From: Clostridia bacterium
GTDB taxonomy: Bacteria > Bacillota > Clostridia > UMGS1883 > UMGS1540
Reading direction: 5' to 3'
Assembly (NCBI GenBank): GCA_017436645.1
Contig: JAFSCR010000025.1
Location: 543-64,542, forward strand
DNA: 64,000 bases
The position numbers and the translations under genes are program-made. This document shows positions 1 to 10,428 of this stretch, piece by piece (position 1 is the stretch's first letter; each line of letters opens with the position of its first letter). The notes under the pieces were generated by a model. It worked only from the letters and a program-made list of their open reading frames with translations. It did no database searches and was not told the origin of the DNA.

Positions 1-225
1 TTTACCTATGACTATCAGGAATATGCGGAAAAGAGAGGCGTATATTTTGATATTCGGGCGTATCTTTCCGGAAGCGAAACGGAGGACGGTGTCATCCGTC
101 TTCTTGAGAACATGCATGCAGAGGAAGAAAAGGAACGAAATAAAAAGTTCAGAGAGAAGTTCGTGGAAGAATATGGACATGCCGCAGAAAAGGCGGTAGA
201 GTGTATTTGGGAAGCGATAAATTAA
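1..225 (+). CDS. C-terminal part of a CDP-glycerol glycerophosphotransferase (TagF/TarF family), 5' end outside the window
   Basis: Frame 1 is open from base 1 to TAA at 223-225: FTYDYQEYAEKRGVYFD...EEYGHAAEKAVECIWEAIN. This resembles the YD-x-EEY-x3-RG-x-Y-x-D C-terminus of the family, and a TagD-like gene lies in the same locus. Not in the ORF track. Confidence 0.7.
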   Translation, partial: FTYDYQEYAEKRGVYFDIRAYLSGSETEDGVIRLLENMHAEEEKERNKKFREKFVEEYGHAAEKAVECIWEAIN

Positions 226-241
226 AGGGGGCTTAAAACCC

Positions 242-1174
242 GTGTTTGAACCGAAAATATCCATTATCATCCCCGTTTATAACGGCGGAAACTTTATGCG
301 CGAGGCCATTGACAGCGCTCTCGGGCAAACGTATAAAAACATAGAAATTATCGTCGTAAACGACGGGTCTCCCGATGGCGGAGAAACGGATGAAATCGCA
401 AGAAGTTATGGGGATAAAATTATTTATGTGCCAAAAGAAAACGGCGGCTCCTCTTCTGCACTGAATGAAGGCATTCGTCATATGACGGGAGATTATTTTT
501 CATGGCTGAGTCATGATGATTTATATATGCCGATTCGCACAGAAGAAATGGTAAAGCGTATTGTACCCGAGGAAGCGGATGTGCAGGCAATTGTTTGCGG
601 CGATAAGCTTATTGATGCGGAAGGCAAACCCATTCCCCATCCAAAGAAACAGCTGGACGGTGCATTTTCGGGCAAAGAGATGCTCTCCCTTTTGCAAAAA
701 GGACTCCGTATTAACGGTTGCGGCATTCTCGTCCCCAAAAAACTGATAGAAAAAGTCGGTCTTTTTGACGAAACACTTCGCTATGTCAATGACACAGATT
801 ATTGGTACCGCCTGATTATTGCAGGCTGTAAGTTTACCTGTTTTACAGAGCCTTTGGTGGCAACCCGTATCCACGGAAAGCAGGTAACTGTCACCCATTC
901 CTCTCTTTTTACCACAGAAAGCGCTCGCCTTTGCCAAAAAGTGTTTGAGGCACTTATGAAAGATACGGAAAAAAACATGCCGCTTATAAAAGTTTACCGA
1001 AAAAAAGCGGCAATTGACGGCAATCTCTCTGTTTTAAAATCTGTAATGCCCCTAATGGCGTCCGGGATAGGGGAGAAAATAGCTGCATACATAGAGATTT
1101 ATATATATTTCCTGTATGGAAAAGGTATTAAATTTGCCAAAAAAATTTATAAAAAACTGGCTTTTAAAAGATAG
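242..1174 (+). CDS. GT2 family glycosyltransferase
   Basis: ISIIIPVYN, IIVVNDGS, ENGG-x-S-x-ALN-x-G, WLSHDD, GLFDE motifs; GTG start. Confidence 0.93.
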   Translation: MFEPKISIIIPVYNGGNFMREAIDSALGQTYKNIEIIVVNDGSPDGGETDEIARSYGDKIIYVPKENGGSSSALNEGIRHMTGDYFSWLSHDDLYMPIRTEEMVKRIVPEEADVQAIVCGDKLIDAEGKPIPHPKKQLDGAFSGKEMLSLLQKGLRINGCGILVPKKLIEKVGLFDETLRYVNDTDYWYRLIIAGCKFTCFTEPLVATRIHGKQVTVTHSSLFTTESARLCQKVFEALMKDTEKNMPLIKVYRKKAAIDGNLSVLKSVMPLMASGIGEKIAAYIEIYIYFLYGKGIKFAKKIYKKLAFKR

Positions 1175-1183
1175 GGTGAAAAA

Positions 1184-2359
1184 ATGAAAGTTGTTCAGAT
1201 TAATGCTGTATGTTCGGGCAGTACAGGAAAAATTGCCGTGGATATCAGTCGGCTTCTTGACCAAAACGGCATTGAAAATTACATACTGTATTCCATGGGA
1301 AACTCCGATTTTAAAAATGCGGTAAAATATGCCTCGGACAAGGAAATTAAGCTCAATGCGCTGTTTGCAAAAACCAGCGGCAAATACGGGTTTCATTCCG
1401 TCATGATGACAAAACGGCTCATAAAAAAGCTGAAAGCAATCAAACCGGATGTGATTCAGCTGCATAATCTTCATGGCCATAATGTGCACCTCGGCATGCT
1501 TTTCCGCTATTTGAAAAAGTCGGATGCAAAAATTTTCTGGACACATCATGATGCTTGGGCGTTTACAGGATACTGTATGTATTTTGATTATGTAAGCTGT
1601 GACAGGTGGAAAACGGGCTGCCATACTTGCCCCCAGAAGAAAAAATACAGCTGGTTTTTCGATAAAAGTCAATTTCTATATGAAAAAAAGAAAACCTTAT
1701 TCGAAGGCTTTCGTGACCTTACAATGATTACACCCTCTGCCTGGCTGGGAGACCTTATAAAAAAGTCCCATCTTGGGGAGTATCCCGTCAAGGTGATACC
1801 AAATGGCATTGATTTGAATCTTTTTAAACCGACGAAATCGGACTTTCGTGCAAAATACGGTCTTGCGGACAAGAAAATCTATCTTGGCGTTGCCATGGCG
1901 TTTGAACCGAGAAAGGGCGGAAAGTACTTCCTCGAGCTTGCAAAGCTTCTTCCCGATGATGCGTGTCTTGTTCTGGTGGGACTCACAAAGGAGCAGATAG
2001 CTTCTCTTCCTGAAAACATAATCGGCATCACAAGAACGGAAAACCAAAAAGAGCTTGCCGGCATTTATACGGCGGCAGATGTGTTTGTAAACTGCACGCT
2101 GGAAGATAATTTCCCCACGGTAAATCTGGAGGCACTTGCCTGCGGCACGCCGGTGGTCACCTTTCAGACAGGCGGCAGCCCGGAAGCTGTGGATGAAACA
2201 TGCGGCAGCGTGGTACCCCAAGGGGATGTAGAAACAATGAAAGCCGAAGCCCAAAAATGGGCAGCAGACGATTTTTCTGCCGAATGCCGCGCACGTGCAG
2301 AAAAACTCTATATGGCGGAAGCACGATTCCTTGACTATATCAATCTCTATAAAGGGTGA
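1184..2359 (+). CDS. GT4 family glycosyltransferase (WcaC-like)
   Basis: IQLHNLHG, WTHHDAWAFTG-C, VIPNGID and EDNFPTVNLEALACGTPVV motifs. Confidence 0.92.
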   Translation: MKVVQINAVCSGSTGKIAVDISRLLDQNGIENYILYSMGNSDFKNAVKYASDKEIKLNALFAKTSGKYGFHSVMMTKRLIKKLKAIKPDVIQLHNLHGHNVHLGMLFRYLKKSDAKIFWTHHDAWAFTGYCMYFDYVSCDRWKTGCHTCPQKKKYSWFFDKSQFLYEKKKTLFEGFRDLTMITPSAWLGDLIKKSHLGEYPVKVIPNGIDLNLFKPTKSDFRAKYGLADKKIYLGVAMAFEPRKGGKYFLELAKLLPDDACLVLVGLTKEQIASLPENIIGITRTENQKELAGIYTAADVFVNCTLEDNFPTVNLEALACGTPVVTFQTGGSPEAVDETCGSVVPQGDVETMKAEAQKWAADDFSAECRARAEKLYMAEARFLDYINLYKG

Positions 2360-2365
2360 TGAGAT

Positions 2366-3496
2366 ATGACCATCTTCTGGGCGCTTCTTTCATTTACCGG
2401 TCTTCTTTACCCGGTTATGAAGTTTGTTTTAAACAAACAAAAAGGCGTTCCTGAATTTAAGAAACTTAAAAACAATGAAATAAAGCTGTATTTTATTCTG
2501 GTTTCCATTGCCATGATTCTTGTCATCGGACTCCGTGGTGTTTTGGTGGGGAGAGATACGCTGCATTATTATTATTCCTATGCGAGTCTGCAAAGAATCG
2601 GCATTTTGCAGGTTCTTCGGGCACAGGATGTAACAGAAAAGGGGTATATGCTGTTTGAGGTTCTCAGCCACAGGCTTCACCTTGGCTTTGCAGGGTATAA
2701 CCTTTTATATGCAAGTTTCAATATTTCTATTATTTCCTATATCATTTATAAAAAGTCCCGTATGCCGTGGCTAAGCTATTTTATTTATATTTGCTTTGAA
2801 TTTTTTATTCTGGATCTTACCATGATGCGGCAAACCCTTGCCATAAGTATTGTGGCCCTTGCAATTACGCTGGATAAAAATGAAACATTCTTGGATTTTC
2901 TGAAGTTTGCACTCTGCGTTTTTATTGCACAGACGTTTCATCAGTCGGCTATTATCGCGCTGCCGCTGTGGTTTTTAAAAAAGCTGCCGCTTAATAATAT
3001 CGGCGTTGTCGCTACGCTTTTTGTAATTCTGCTTGGCTATTTAATGCGTACGCAGATTGCCGGCCTTATAGGGGAACTGGCAGGGGACGTATCAGAAAAA
3101 TATACGAAATACGGCGAACTGGAGGAAGGGACTGCGGGGATGCGCCTGTATCTTATGGTGGCGGTTACCATAGCTCTCGGCATGATCCTTGGACGGTATA
3201 AAAACATAAAAGGAAACGGGCTCCCCTTTTACAGCCTTTGCATGATGCTGTTTCTCTTTCCGGCGGTGCAGGCCGGTGGTGTGTTCATGCGTATTTATTA
3301 TTACTATTACATATTTATTATTCTTTATGTGCCGAATCTTGTGGCGGCGCTGGACCCGAAAAAGGATACACATATTAAGATTCTGATTGTTCTGTTGTAT
3401 CTTGCCGTCGGCATTTACTTTTTCCACTTGTCCTTAGGTCCCGGGTCTCTCGTCGGCGAAGAATATAAATTTTTCTGGCAACCCATATATGATTAA
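2366..3496 (+). CDS. EpsG-family polysaccharide polymerase-like membrane protein, copy 1
   Basis: Multiple hydrophobic helices; GLR-x3-VG-x-DT-x2-Y, E-x-GY, MRQ-x-LA and H-x-SA motifs. Confidence 0.85.
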   Translation: MTIFWALLSFTGLLYPVMKFVLNKQKGVPEFKKLKNNEIKLYFILVSIAMILVIGLRGVLVGRDTLHYYYSYASLQRIGILQVLRAQDVTEKGYMLFEVLSHRLHLGFAGYNLLYASFNISIISYIIYKKSRMPWLSYFIYICFEFFILDLTMMRQTLAISIVALAITLDKNETFLDFLKFALCVFIAQTFHQSAIIALPLWFLKKLPLNNIGVVATLFVILLGYLMRTQIAGLIGELAGDVSEKYTKYGELEEGTAGMRLYLMVAVTIALGMILGRYKNIKGNGLPFYSLCMMLFLFPAVQAGGVFMRIYYYYYIFIILYVPNLVAALDPKKDTHIKILIVLLYLAVGIYFFHLSLGPGSLVGEEYKFFWQPIYD

Positions 3497-3545
3497 AGGC
3501 GAGAAGCGCTTTTTTAGAAATCAAAATACGTGACAAACAAAAAGG

Positions 3546-4685
3546 ATGAAATTATCAATGACAATTTACTGGATTCTTCTGGCGTTTTGCGTCTTTCTGT
3601 TCCCGATTTGCAAATTTATTGCCAACCGAATTAAAAAAGTGCCGGACTTTAATAAAGTAGAAAACCGGGAAATCAAAGTATACTTTATTCTTGTATCTTT
3701 GGCTTTGATTTTTGTAATCGGCTGCCGCGGTCTGTTTGTTGGAAGAGACACGCTGAATTATTATTACACATATGCAAAGTTGCAGGACGTGAGCGGCCGT
3801 GCGGTGCTTTTGTCTGACGCGACTGAAAAGGGATATCTTCTTTTCAATATTTTAGGGCACAGACTCCATCTTGGCTTTGCCGGTTTTAACATTTTGTATG
3901 CCCTCATTAACATTTCCGTGGTATCTTATATGATCTATAAAAAGTCCGAGATGCCGTGGCTAAGCTATTTTATTTATATTTGCTTTGAATTTTTTATTCT
4001 GGATCTTACCATGATGCGGCAAACCCTCGCCATGAGCGTGGTGGCACTTGCGATTACGCTGGATAAAAACGAAACGGTGTGGGATTTTCTGAAGTTTGTA
4101 CTCTGCATTTTTATCGCACAGACGATACATCAGTCCGCCATTATCGCCCTGCCACTCTGGTTTTTGAAAAAGCTGCCCATGGATAATTATATCATCTTTA
4201 TCTTTCTTTTCTTCATTGGCATTGCATATTTAATGCGGGATTCGGTGGCCGTGCTTATGGGCAATACGGCGGAGATGATTTCAGAACGTTATGCGAAATA
4301 CGGCGAACTCGAAGAAGGAACGGCAGGCATGCGCCTTTATCTTATGGTGCTTGTAACCGTTGGCCTTGGCATGTTTCTTCGCCGGTACAGGCAAATCGAA
4401 GGAAACAGCTGGCCGTTTTACAGCCTTTGCATTATGCTGATGCTGCTTCCTGCCCTGCAGGGCGGCGGCGTTGCCATGCGTTCTTATTATTACTATTATC
4501 TGTTTATTATTATCTATGTGCCGAACCTTGTTGCGGCGCTGGATCCCAAAAAGGACCTATTCATTAAAATTCTGATTGTTTCCTTATATCTCATCGTCGG
4601 CGTTTATTTTTTAAACAGTTCTCTCGGGGAAAATTCCCTTGCCGGAGAAACGTATAAATTTTTCTGGCAGCCGATGTTTGATTAA
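3546..4685 (+). CDS. EpsG-family polysaccharide polymerase-like membrane protein, copy 2
   Basis: Same motifs as 2366-3496 and colinear with it over the full length. Confidence 0.85.
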   Translation: MKLSMTIYWILLAFCVFLFPICKFIANRIKKVPDFNKVENREIKVYFILVSLALIFVIGCRGLFVGRDTLNYYYTYAKLQDVSGRAVLLSDATEKGYLLFNILGHRLHLGFAGFNILYALINISVVSYMIYKKSEMPWLSYFIYICFEFFILDLTMMRQTLAMSVVALAITLDKNETVWDFLKFVLCIFIAQTIHQSAIIALPLWFLKKLPMDNYIIFIFLFFIGIAYLMRDSVAVLMGNTAEMISERYAKYGELEEGTAGMRLYLMVLVTVGLGMFLRRYRQIEGNSWPFYSLCIMLMLLPALQGGGVAMRSYYYYYLFIIIYVPNLVAALDPKKDLFIKILIVSLYLIVGVYFLNSSLGENSLAGETYKFFWQPMFD

Positions 4686-4705
4686 AAGAAAAAGGGAGAG
4701 CCTTT

Positions 4706-5851
4706 ATGAAAATTGCCTTCTGTTCCAATTATTTTAATCACCATCAGGAAGCGATGTCAAAAGCACTTTATAATCTTTCAGATGGAAACTTCCGATTTGT
4801 TGCTCGCTGCACCGTGGGAGAAGAGCGGCTTCGCCTCGGGTATGAAGATATGAATAAAAAATATGATTTCATACTCCGCCCCTATGAAAGTGAGGCGCAA
4901 AAAAAAGAAGCGCTTTCCTGGGCGATAGATTGCGACGTGATGATTTTCGGCTCCGGCGATGAAGCTCTTTTTGAAAAGCGGATGGAAAAGAATGGTCTTA
5001 CCTTCCGCTATCTTGAAAGACCTTTTAAAAAAGGGACTTGGCGGCGGCTTGTTCCCAGAACAAAAAAGACAATTTATGAAAGCTATGTAAAATACAAAAA
5101 TAATAATTTATACATTCTTTGTTCCAGCGCATATACCGCTTCCGACCTTTCTCTTTGCGGATTTCCGCCGGAAAAATGCTTTAAATGGGGATATTTTCCC
5201 GAAGTAAAAGAACACGACATAGAGGCCCTGCTCTCTAAAAAAACGCCCCGTTCCATTTTATGGGTCGGCAGATTTATCGACTGGAAGCACCCGGAAGCAC
5301 CCGTAAAAATGGCGGAAAAGCTTAAAAAGAACGGTAAGGATTTTCATCTTACCATGATTGGGGACGGCGTGGAAAAACCCCGCATTGAAAAAATGATAAA
5401 AGAGAAAAACCTTGCAGACGTGATTACCCTTACGGGCAGTATGCCTCCCGAAAAGGTACGGGAATATATGGAAAAAGCCGAAATTTTCCTTGCCACGAGC
5501 GATTTTCAGGAAGGCTGGGGCGCCGTTTTAAATGAAGGGATGAACAGCGGCTGTGCCCTCATTGCAAGCCATGCCATGGGTGGGGCACCCTATCTTATCA
5601 AAGATGGGGAAAACGGCCTTTTATATAAAAGCGGCGACATCAAAGCCCTTGCAGACAAAGCGGTATTTTTGCTGGATAACCCTGAGAATAGACGGACAAG
5701 CGGGAAAAATGCTTACGAAACATTGCAAAACACATGGAATGCGGAAGATGCGGCAAAACGGCTTTTGGCACTTGTTTCCAAAGCGGATGCCGCAGAAAAG
5801 GGACCGTGTTCACTTGCGCCTGTTTTGAAAAATTTCTGGTATAAGGAATAG
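4706..5851 (+). CDS. GT4 family glycosyltransferase
   Basis: ILWVGRFIDWKH, MIGDG and EGWGAVLNEGMNSGC (Ex7E) motifs. Confidence 0.9.
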   Translation: MKIAFCSNYFNHHQEAMSKALYNLSDGNFRFVARCTVGEERLRLGYEDMNKKYDFILRPYESEAQKKEALSWAIDCDVMIFGSGDEALFEKRMEKNGLTFRYLERPFKKGTWRRLVPRTKKTIYESYVKYKNNNLYILCSSAYTASDLSLCGFPPEKCFKWGYFPEVKEHDIEALLSKKTPRSILWVGRFIDWKHPEAPVKMAEKLKKNGKDFHLTMIGDGVEKPRIEKMIKEKNLADVITLTGSMPPEKVREYMEKAEIFLATSDFQEGWGAVLNEGMNSGCALIASHAMGGAPYLIKDGENGLLYKSGDIKALADKAVFLLDNPENRRTSGKNAYETLQNTWNAEDAAKRLLALVSKADAAEKGPCSLAPVLKNFWYKE

Positions 5852-5862
5852 GGAGAAAAATT

Positions 5863-6936
5863 ATGATTTATATCACAACACATCACAGGACCAAAAATTT
5901 TGGGGCCTGTCTCCAATCTTATGCACTGCAGAAAACGCTAGATTCCATGGGCTATGACAGCCGCTTGATTTTGCTTCGGGATGAAAGAGACAAAAAGCCT
6001 CCAAAGGCACTGAAGAAAAGAGTGCGCCATTATTTTCTAAAGCTGTACAGATTTTTTCATAGAAGAACCATTTTAAAAGGTGAAGAAGCCTTTAACGAGT
6101 TCTTTTTGAAATATCATAAAACAACCTCGCCGTATGAAAACTTTGCGACGCTTCAGAAAAATCCGCCGAAAGGGGAAGTATACCTTTCGGGAAGCGACCA
6201 GGTATTTAATCCCACAGATGTTAAGCCTTTGTTTTTCCTTCAGTTTGGGGATAAAAATACGAAAAGAATTTCCTATGCAGGAAGTGTTTCTGTGCAGAAT
6301 GTGCCGGAAAATGCAAAGGAGATTTTTCGCAGATATCTTTCCGCTTTTGATCGGTTATCCATTCGGGAAAGTGAATCTCTGCCGCTTGTAAATGCCTACT
6401 ATGATAAAAACGTGGAAGTCCACGTGGATCCGTCTTATCTCCTTGCCAAGGAAGAATGGGAGAAGCTTAGTGCGGAAAGCAGAAGGACCCCTTTAAAAAA
6501 ACCGTATATTTTGGTCTATATCCTTTATAGGCCTCTATGGCTTAATGCCTATTTAAAAAAGCTTTATAAAGAAACAGGATATGAAATTGTGACGGTGCAG
6601 TATGATACATACCGTCGCATTTATGGCACAAAAACGGTACGCGATGCAGGACCTTTGGAATTTTTGAAACTGATTCGGGATGCAGAAATGGTAATATCCA
6701 GTTCCTATCACGGCTGTGTGTTTTCTTCGATTTTCAAAAAACCATTTTATGCCGTTGTTAATCCCGCCTCGCCTGCAAGAATACACTCCATGTTGCAACT
6801 TTTTCACTTGACGGACCGTGTGCTTTCGGCAGAAACCAAGCCGGCATTTGAAATAGATTATACATATTTTGAAGAGGTCTTGCCAAAAGAAATTGAAAAA
6901 TCAAAACGGTATTTAAAAGAAGCGATAGAAGGATAG
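5863..6936 (+). CDS. Polysaccharide pyruvyl transferase family protein
   Basis: NFGA-x-LQ-x-YAL, GSDQVFN, ISYA-x-S, SIRE, VDP and SSYHG motifs. Confidence 0.9.
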   Translation: MIYITTHHRTKNFGACLQSYALQKTLDSMGYDSRLILLRDERDKKPPKALKKRVRHYFLKLYRFFHRRTILKGEEAFNEFFLKYHKTTSPYENFATLQKNPPKGEVYLSGSDQVFNPTDVKPLFFLQFGDKNTKRISYAGSVSVQNVPENAKEIFRRYLSAFDRLSIRESESLPLVNAYYDKNVEVHVDPSYLLAKEEWEKLSAESRRTPLKKPYILVYILYRPLWLNAYLKKLYKETGYEIVTVQYDTYRRIYGTKTVRDAGPLEFLKLIRDAEMVISSSYHGCVFSSIFKKPFYAVVNPASPARIHSMLQLFHLTDRVLSAETKPAFEIDYTYFEEVLPKEIEKSKRYLKEAIEG

Positions 6937-6940
6937 TTTT

Positions 6941-8077
6941 ATGTATATTGAAGAAGTAGGAAAAGCCTGCACGGGATGCATGGCGTGCAAAAGTGCCTGC
7001 CGCACAGATGCCATCAGGATGATTCCCGATGAAGAAGGGTTCCCGTACCCGAAGGTTTTAGCTGATAAATGCAAGGATTGTGGTCTGTGTACCCGGGTTT
7101 GCCCCATGCTAAATACCGAAGAGCGGCAAATGCTGAAAAAATTATTCTGCGGCAGGGCAAAAGATAAAGAAACCGTTCGGAAAAGCTCTTCCGGCGGTGT
7201 TTTCACAGCGCTTGCAGAGAAAGTTTTAGCGAAGGGCGGCGTAGTATTTGGCGCTGCATACGAGAAAGACCCCTGGTCTGTTTCTTATAAGAGCACCGAA
7301 GAAGTATCCCTTGATGCGCTTCGTCGAAGTAAGTATGTGGAAGCCCATGTGGGAGACAGCTTCCACAAAGTAAAGGTGGCGCTGGAAGCAGGGAAACAGG
7401 TGCTGTTTGTCGGCACGCCCTGCCACGTCACGGGGCTGAAGCTGTTTTTAACTAAAGACTACCCGAATCTTCTTACGGTGGATTTCATTTGCGGCGGTGG
7501 TGCTTCCCCCAGATATTTTCAGGAGCATCTTGCAACCTTGGAGAAAAAGTACGGCGGAAAAGTAACAGACGTGAATTTTCGCCCAAAGCTTTACGGATGG
7601 AAGGAATATGCTTTAAAAATAGATTTTGATAACAAAAAAACGTATAAGGCGTATGCCTATTTGGACACATATTTCCGTGGTTTTTTGCACGAAGGGACCA
7701 TTAAACGAGAAACGTGCTTTTCGTGCCGATTCCGAAAGAACCATGCGGCAGACATCATCCTGGGGGATTTCTGGGGACACGGTGCGGCAGGCATAAAGAC
7801 GGATAACGAAGGACTTTCCTTGCTCATTACCAACTCGGAAAAGGGTGAGGTGGCACTTTTGGAAATTGCGCCTTTTATGGAACTTTGCGAAATTGCCCCA
7901 AAAGATGTGGCGTATGCGTTTGAACCGTATAAAAAAGCGCAAGAAAAAATCGAAAAAAAGAAGGCCTTTTCAGAAGCATACAAAAAATGGGGCTTTGAAA
8001 AAGCTGCAAAGAAGTTATATATGAAAAAATGTATGATATTTAAACTGAAAAAACGGATAAAGGGCTTATTAAAATGA
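6941..8077 (+). CDS. 4Fe-4S ferredoxin domain plus coenzyme F420 hydrogenase beta-subunit (FrhB)-like protein
   Basis: CTGCMACKSAC and CKDCGLCTRVCP; SSSGGVF, SKYV, FVGTPC and DIILGDFWG motifs. Confidence 0.88.
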   Translation: MYIEEVGKACTGCMACKSACRTDAIRMIPDEEGFPYPKVLADKCKDCGLCTRVCPMLNTEERQMLKKLFCGRAKDKETVRKSSSGGVFTALAEKVLAKGGVVFGAAYEKDPWSVSYKSTEEVSLDALRRSKYVEAHVGDSFHKVKVALEAGKQVLFVGTPCHVTGLKLFLTKDYPNLLTVDFICGGGASPRYFQEHLATLEKKYGGKVTDVNFRPKLYGWKEYALKIDFDNKKTYKAYAYLDTYFRGFLHEGTIKRETCFSCRFRKNHAADIILGDFWGHGAAGIKTDNEGLSLLITNSEKGEVALLEIAPFMELCEIAPKDVAYAFEPYKKAQEKIEKKKAFSEAYKKWGFEKAAKKLYMKKCMIFKLKKRIKGLLK

Positions 8078-9588
8078 AAAATCAAATTAAATCCGGCGCT
8101 GTCATTTCTTATTTTAATCTTGTTCTGAATATGTGCATAAACATATTCTTTACGCCGTTTTTGATTCGTTCCTTAGGAGATGCAGAGTACGGGGTTTACC
8201 GCGTTATTCAGTCTTTTGCCGGCCCTCTGGCGATTATGACGCTGGGCATGGCAACGTTGGTGACGAGAAATATCGTATATTATGACACAAGGCGGCAACA
8301 AAAAGAGAAAGAAAATTTTCTCGCCATGGGTATTGTTATATCTTTGGCAATGGCGGCGGTTACGCTTCTCGTTGGAGCAGGTATGTATGCGGCTGCCGAT
8401 AAAATGTTTCAATCTTCGCTCACGCCGGCGGAAGTCGTAACAGCGAAAAAACTGATTCTTTTCTTTGTAGGTAATATGGCACTGACCGTTGTGAACGATT
8501 TTTTTGCAGGCATGGTGCGGGGGCACGAGAAATTTGCCGTGGCAAACGGAATCAGGACGTTGCGCCTTGTTTTGCGTGTAATTACTTTGGTCGTTATACT
8601 TCGGCTCGGATTTAAATCCGTAGCCATTGTAGCCACAGACCTGGCCCTTACCGCATTAGTTCTTCTATTCAATGTTTTTTACGGCATGGGTCGGCTCGGG
8701 GAAAAAATAAAATTTCATTACTGGGATAAAGTAATGTTCAAAAGCTCCATGCTGTTTTCTGCGGCGATTTTACTCCAGACCATCATCAATCAGGTGAATC
8801 AGAACTTAGACAGCGTAATTTTAGGCGTTATGACAGATTCCAAAACGGTGGCGCTTTATTCTGTCGGGCTTGTGATTTATACAACGTATAACAGTGTTTC
8901 TAGCATAATTGCCGGGCTCTTTACCCCGGCGGCCACACGGCTTGTAGCAAATGAAGCAAGTGCGGAACAGCTTACGGATTTTGTTTCCCGCATCGGCAGA
9001 TATCAGCTGATGCTGGTCGGTGCCGTTTTAAGCGGATTTATCCTCTTTGGAAAGGAATTTATCCTGCATTGGCTGGGAGAAGGCTATCAGCCCGTTTACG
9101 CAGTTGTCCTCTGGCTCATCATTCCCACAACCATACCGCTTATCCAAAGTGCATATCAGGCAATACTCGATGCAAAGATGAAAAGAATGTCCCGCTCGGT
9201 GATTTTATCCGTAATGGCGGGGTTGAACGTAGCAATATCTATAGTGCTGATTCACTATATCGGATATATCGGGGCTGCTATTGGTACGGCAATTTCCATT
9301 CTTCTTGGTCACGGCTTAATTATGAATATCTATCTTTATAAAGTGATTAAACTCGACGTTATTAAAATGTTTAAAGATATTTTACGGGGCCTTTTTCCCT
9401 CGATTCTTCTCAGCATGGCACTGGGATGTCCTCTTGCAAAATTCTTGCCTAACACACTTCTGATGTTCGTTGTTAAAATCATTTTGTTTTTGATAATATA
9501 CGGGCTGTCAGTATATTTCTTCGGCATGAACGGGACAGAAAAAGAAGCTGTCCAACAGATTGCGAAAAAGTGCGGCTGCAAAAAGTAA
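8074..9588 (+). CDS. wzx: Wzx-type oligosaccharide flippase
   Basis: About 12-14 hydrophobic segments; TPFLIRSLG-x2-EYGVY and GYIGAAIGT motifs; located in a polysaccharide locus. Confidence 0.85.
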   Translation: MKNQIKSGAVISYFNLVLNMCINIFFTPFLIRSLGDAEYGVYRVIQSFAGPLAIMTLGMATLVTRNIVYYDTRRQQKEKENFLAMGIVISLAMAAVTLLVGAGMYAAADKMFQSSLTPAEVVTAKKLILFFVGNMALTVVNDFFAGMVRGHEKFAVANGIRTLRLVLRVITLVVILRLGFKSVAIVATDLALTALVLLFNVFYGMGRLGEKIKFHYWDKVMFKSSMLFSAAILLQTIINQVNQNLDSVILGVMTDSKTVALYSVGLVIYTTYNSVSSIIAGLFTPAATRLVANEASAEQLTDFVSRIGRYQLMLVGAVLSGFILFGKEFILHWLGEGYQPVYAVVLWLIIPTTIPLIQSAYQAILDAKMKRMSRSVILSVMAGLNVAISIVLIHYIGYIGAAIGTAISILLGHGLIMNIYLYKVIKLDVIKMFKDILRGLFPSILLSMALGCPLAKFLPNTLLMFVVKIILFLIIYGLSVYFFGMNGTEKEAVQQIAKKCGCKK

Positions 9589-9606
9589 CCGGAAAGGATG
9601 ATAAAC

Positions 9607-10428
9607 ATGCGGAAGTTAAGTTTCGAAGAGACAAAAAAACTGGAGCTTGGAATCTTGAAAACTGTAACCTCATTTTGCGAGGAAAACGGCATCCGATATT
9701 TTCTTGCTTACGGTACCCTCATCGGTGCTGCACGGCACAAAGGCTTTATTCCTTGGGATGATGACATTGATTTGCAGATGCCCCGTCCCGACTATGAAAA
9801 GTTTATGTCACTGTACAATGAAAAAAACGACGCTTCCCCATACAGGGCGCTGCTTCCTTTAAAGGACGGCTCTCGGCACACTTTTCTTAAGGTAGTGGAT
9901 ACCCGTACTGCCAAGGTAGAAAAAGGGATGCACTATGAGGATGGAAAGGCCCCCGGTATTGATATTGATATTTTTCCGATAGACGGCCAGCCCGAGGACG
10001 ACAGGGAATACGAAAAATACTATAAGAAGAAAAACCGGATTTTCAGAGAAATTTATGAGCTTGTAGGCACTTATTCGTGGAAAAGAAAGCTTTTGTACCT
10101 TTTCCCCCGTATCCATGCCCACATTCTCGGCAAGGAAAAGCTGTTTGCCAAAATTGAAAAAATCAATGCACCCTATCCTTATGAAGAAGCAAAAATGGTG
10201 GGGGCCACCAATTCTCTTTATAACGGCATCAAAAACAGAACCGAAAAGAAAAACTACGAGAGCCATGTTCTTCTCGAATTTGAGGGAGAAATGTTCCGTG
10301 CACCCGTAGGGTACCACGAAATTCTTTCTTCCTTCTACGGAGATTATATGATTCTGCCGCCGCCTGAAAAACAGGTGACGCACCATAAAAATGAAACGTA
10401 TTGGAGAAATGAAAATGAAGAAATATAA
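9607..10428 (+). CDS. licD: LicD family phosphotransferase
   Basis: YGTLIGAARHKGFIPWDDDID, IDIFPID and YGDYM-x-LPP motifs. Start set at ATG 9607 after GGAAAGGA; the track gives 9598. Confidence 0.92.
   Translation: MRKLSFEETKKLELGILKTVTSFCEENGIRYFLAYGTLIGAARHKGFIPWDDDIDLQMPRPDYEKFMSLYNEKNDASPYRALLPLKDGSRHTFLKVVDTRTAKVEKGMHYEDGKAPGIDIDIFPIDGQPEDDREYEKYYKKKNRIFREIYELVGTYSWKRKLLYLFPRIHAHILGKEKLFAKIEKINAPYPYEEAKMVGATNSLYNGIKNRTEKKNYESHVLLEFEGEMFRAPVGYHEILSSFYGDYMILPPPEKQVTHHKNETYWRNENEEI

Noticed and set aside
8-199. 63-aa track ORF at the window start
   Set aside because: The frame-1 partial ORF (1-225) matches a TagF-like C-terminus and explains the region better.
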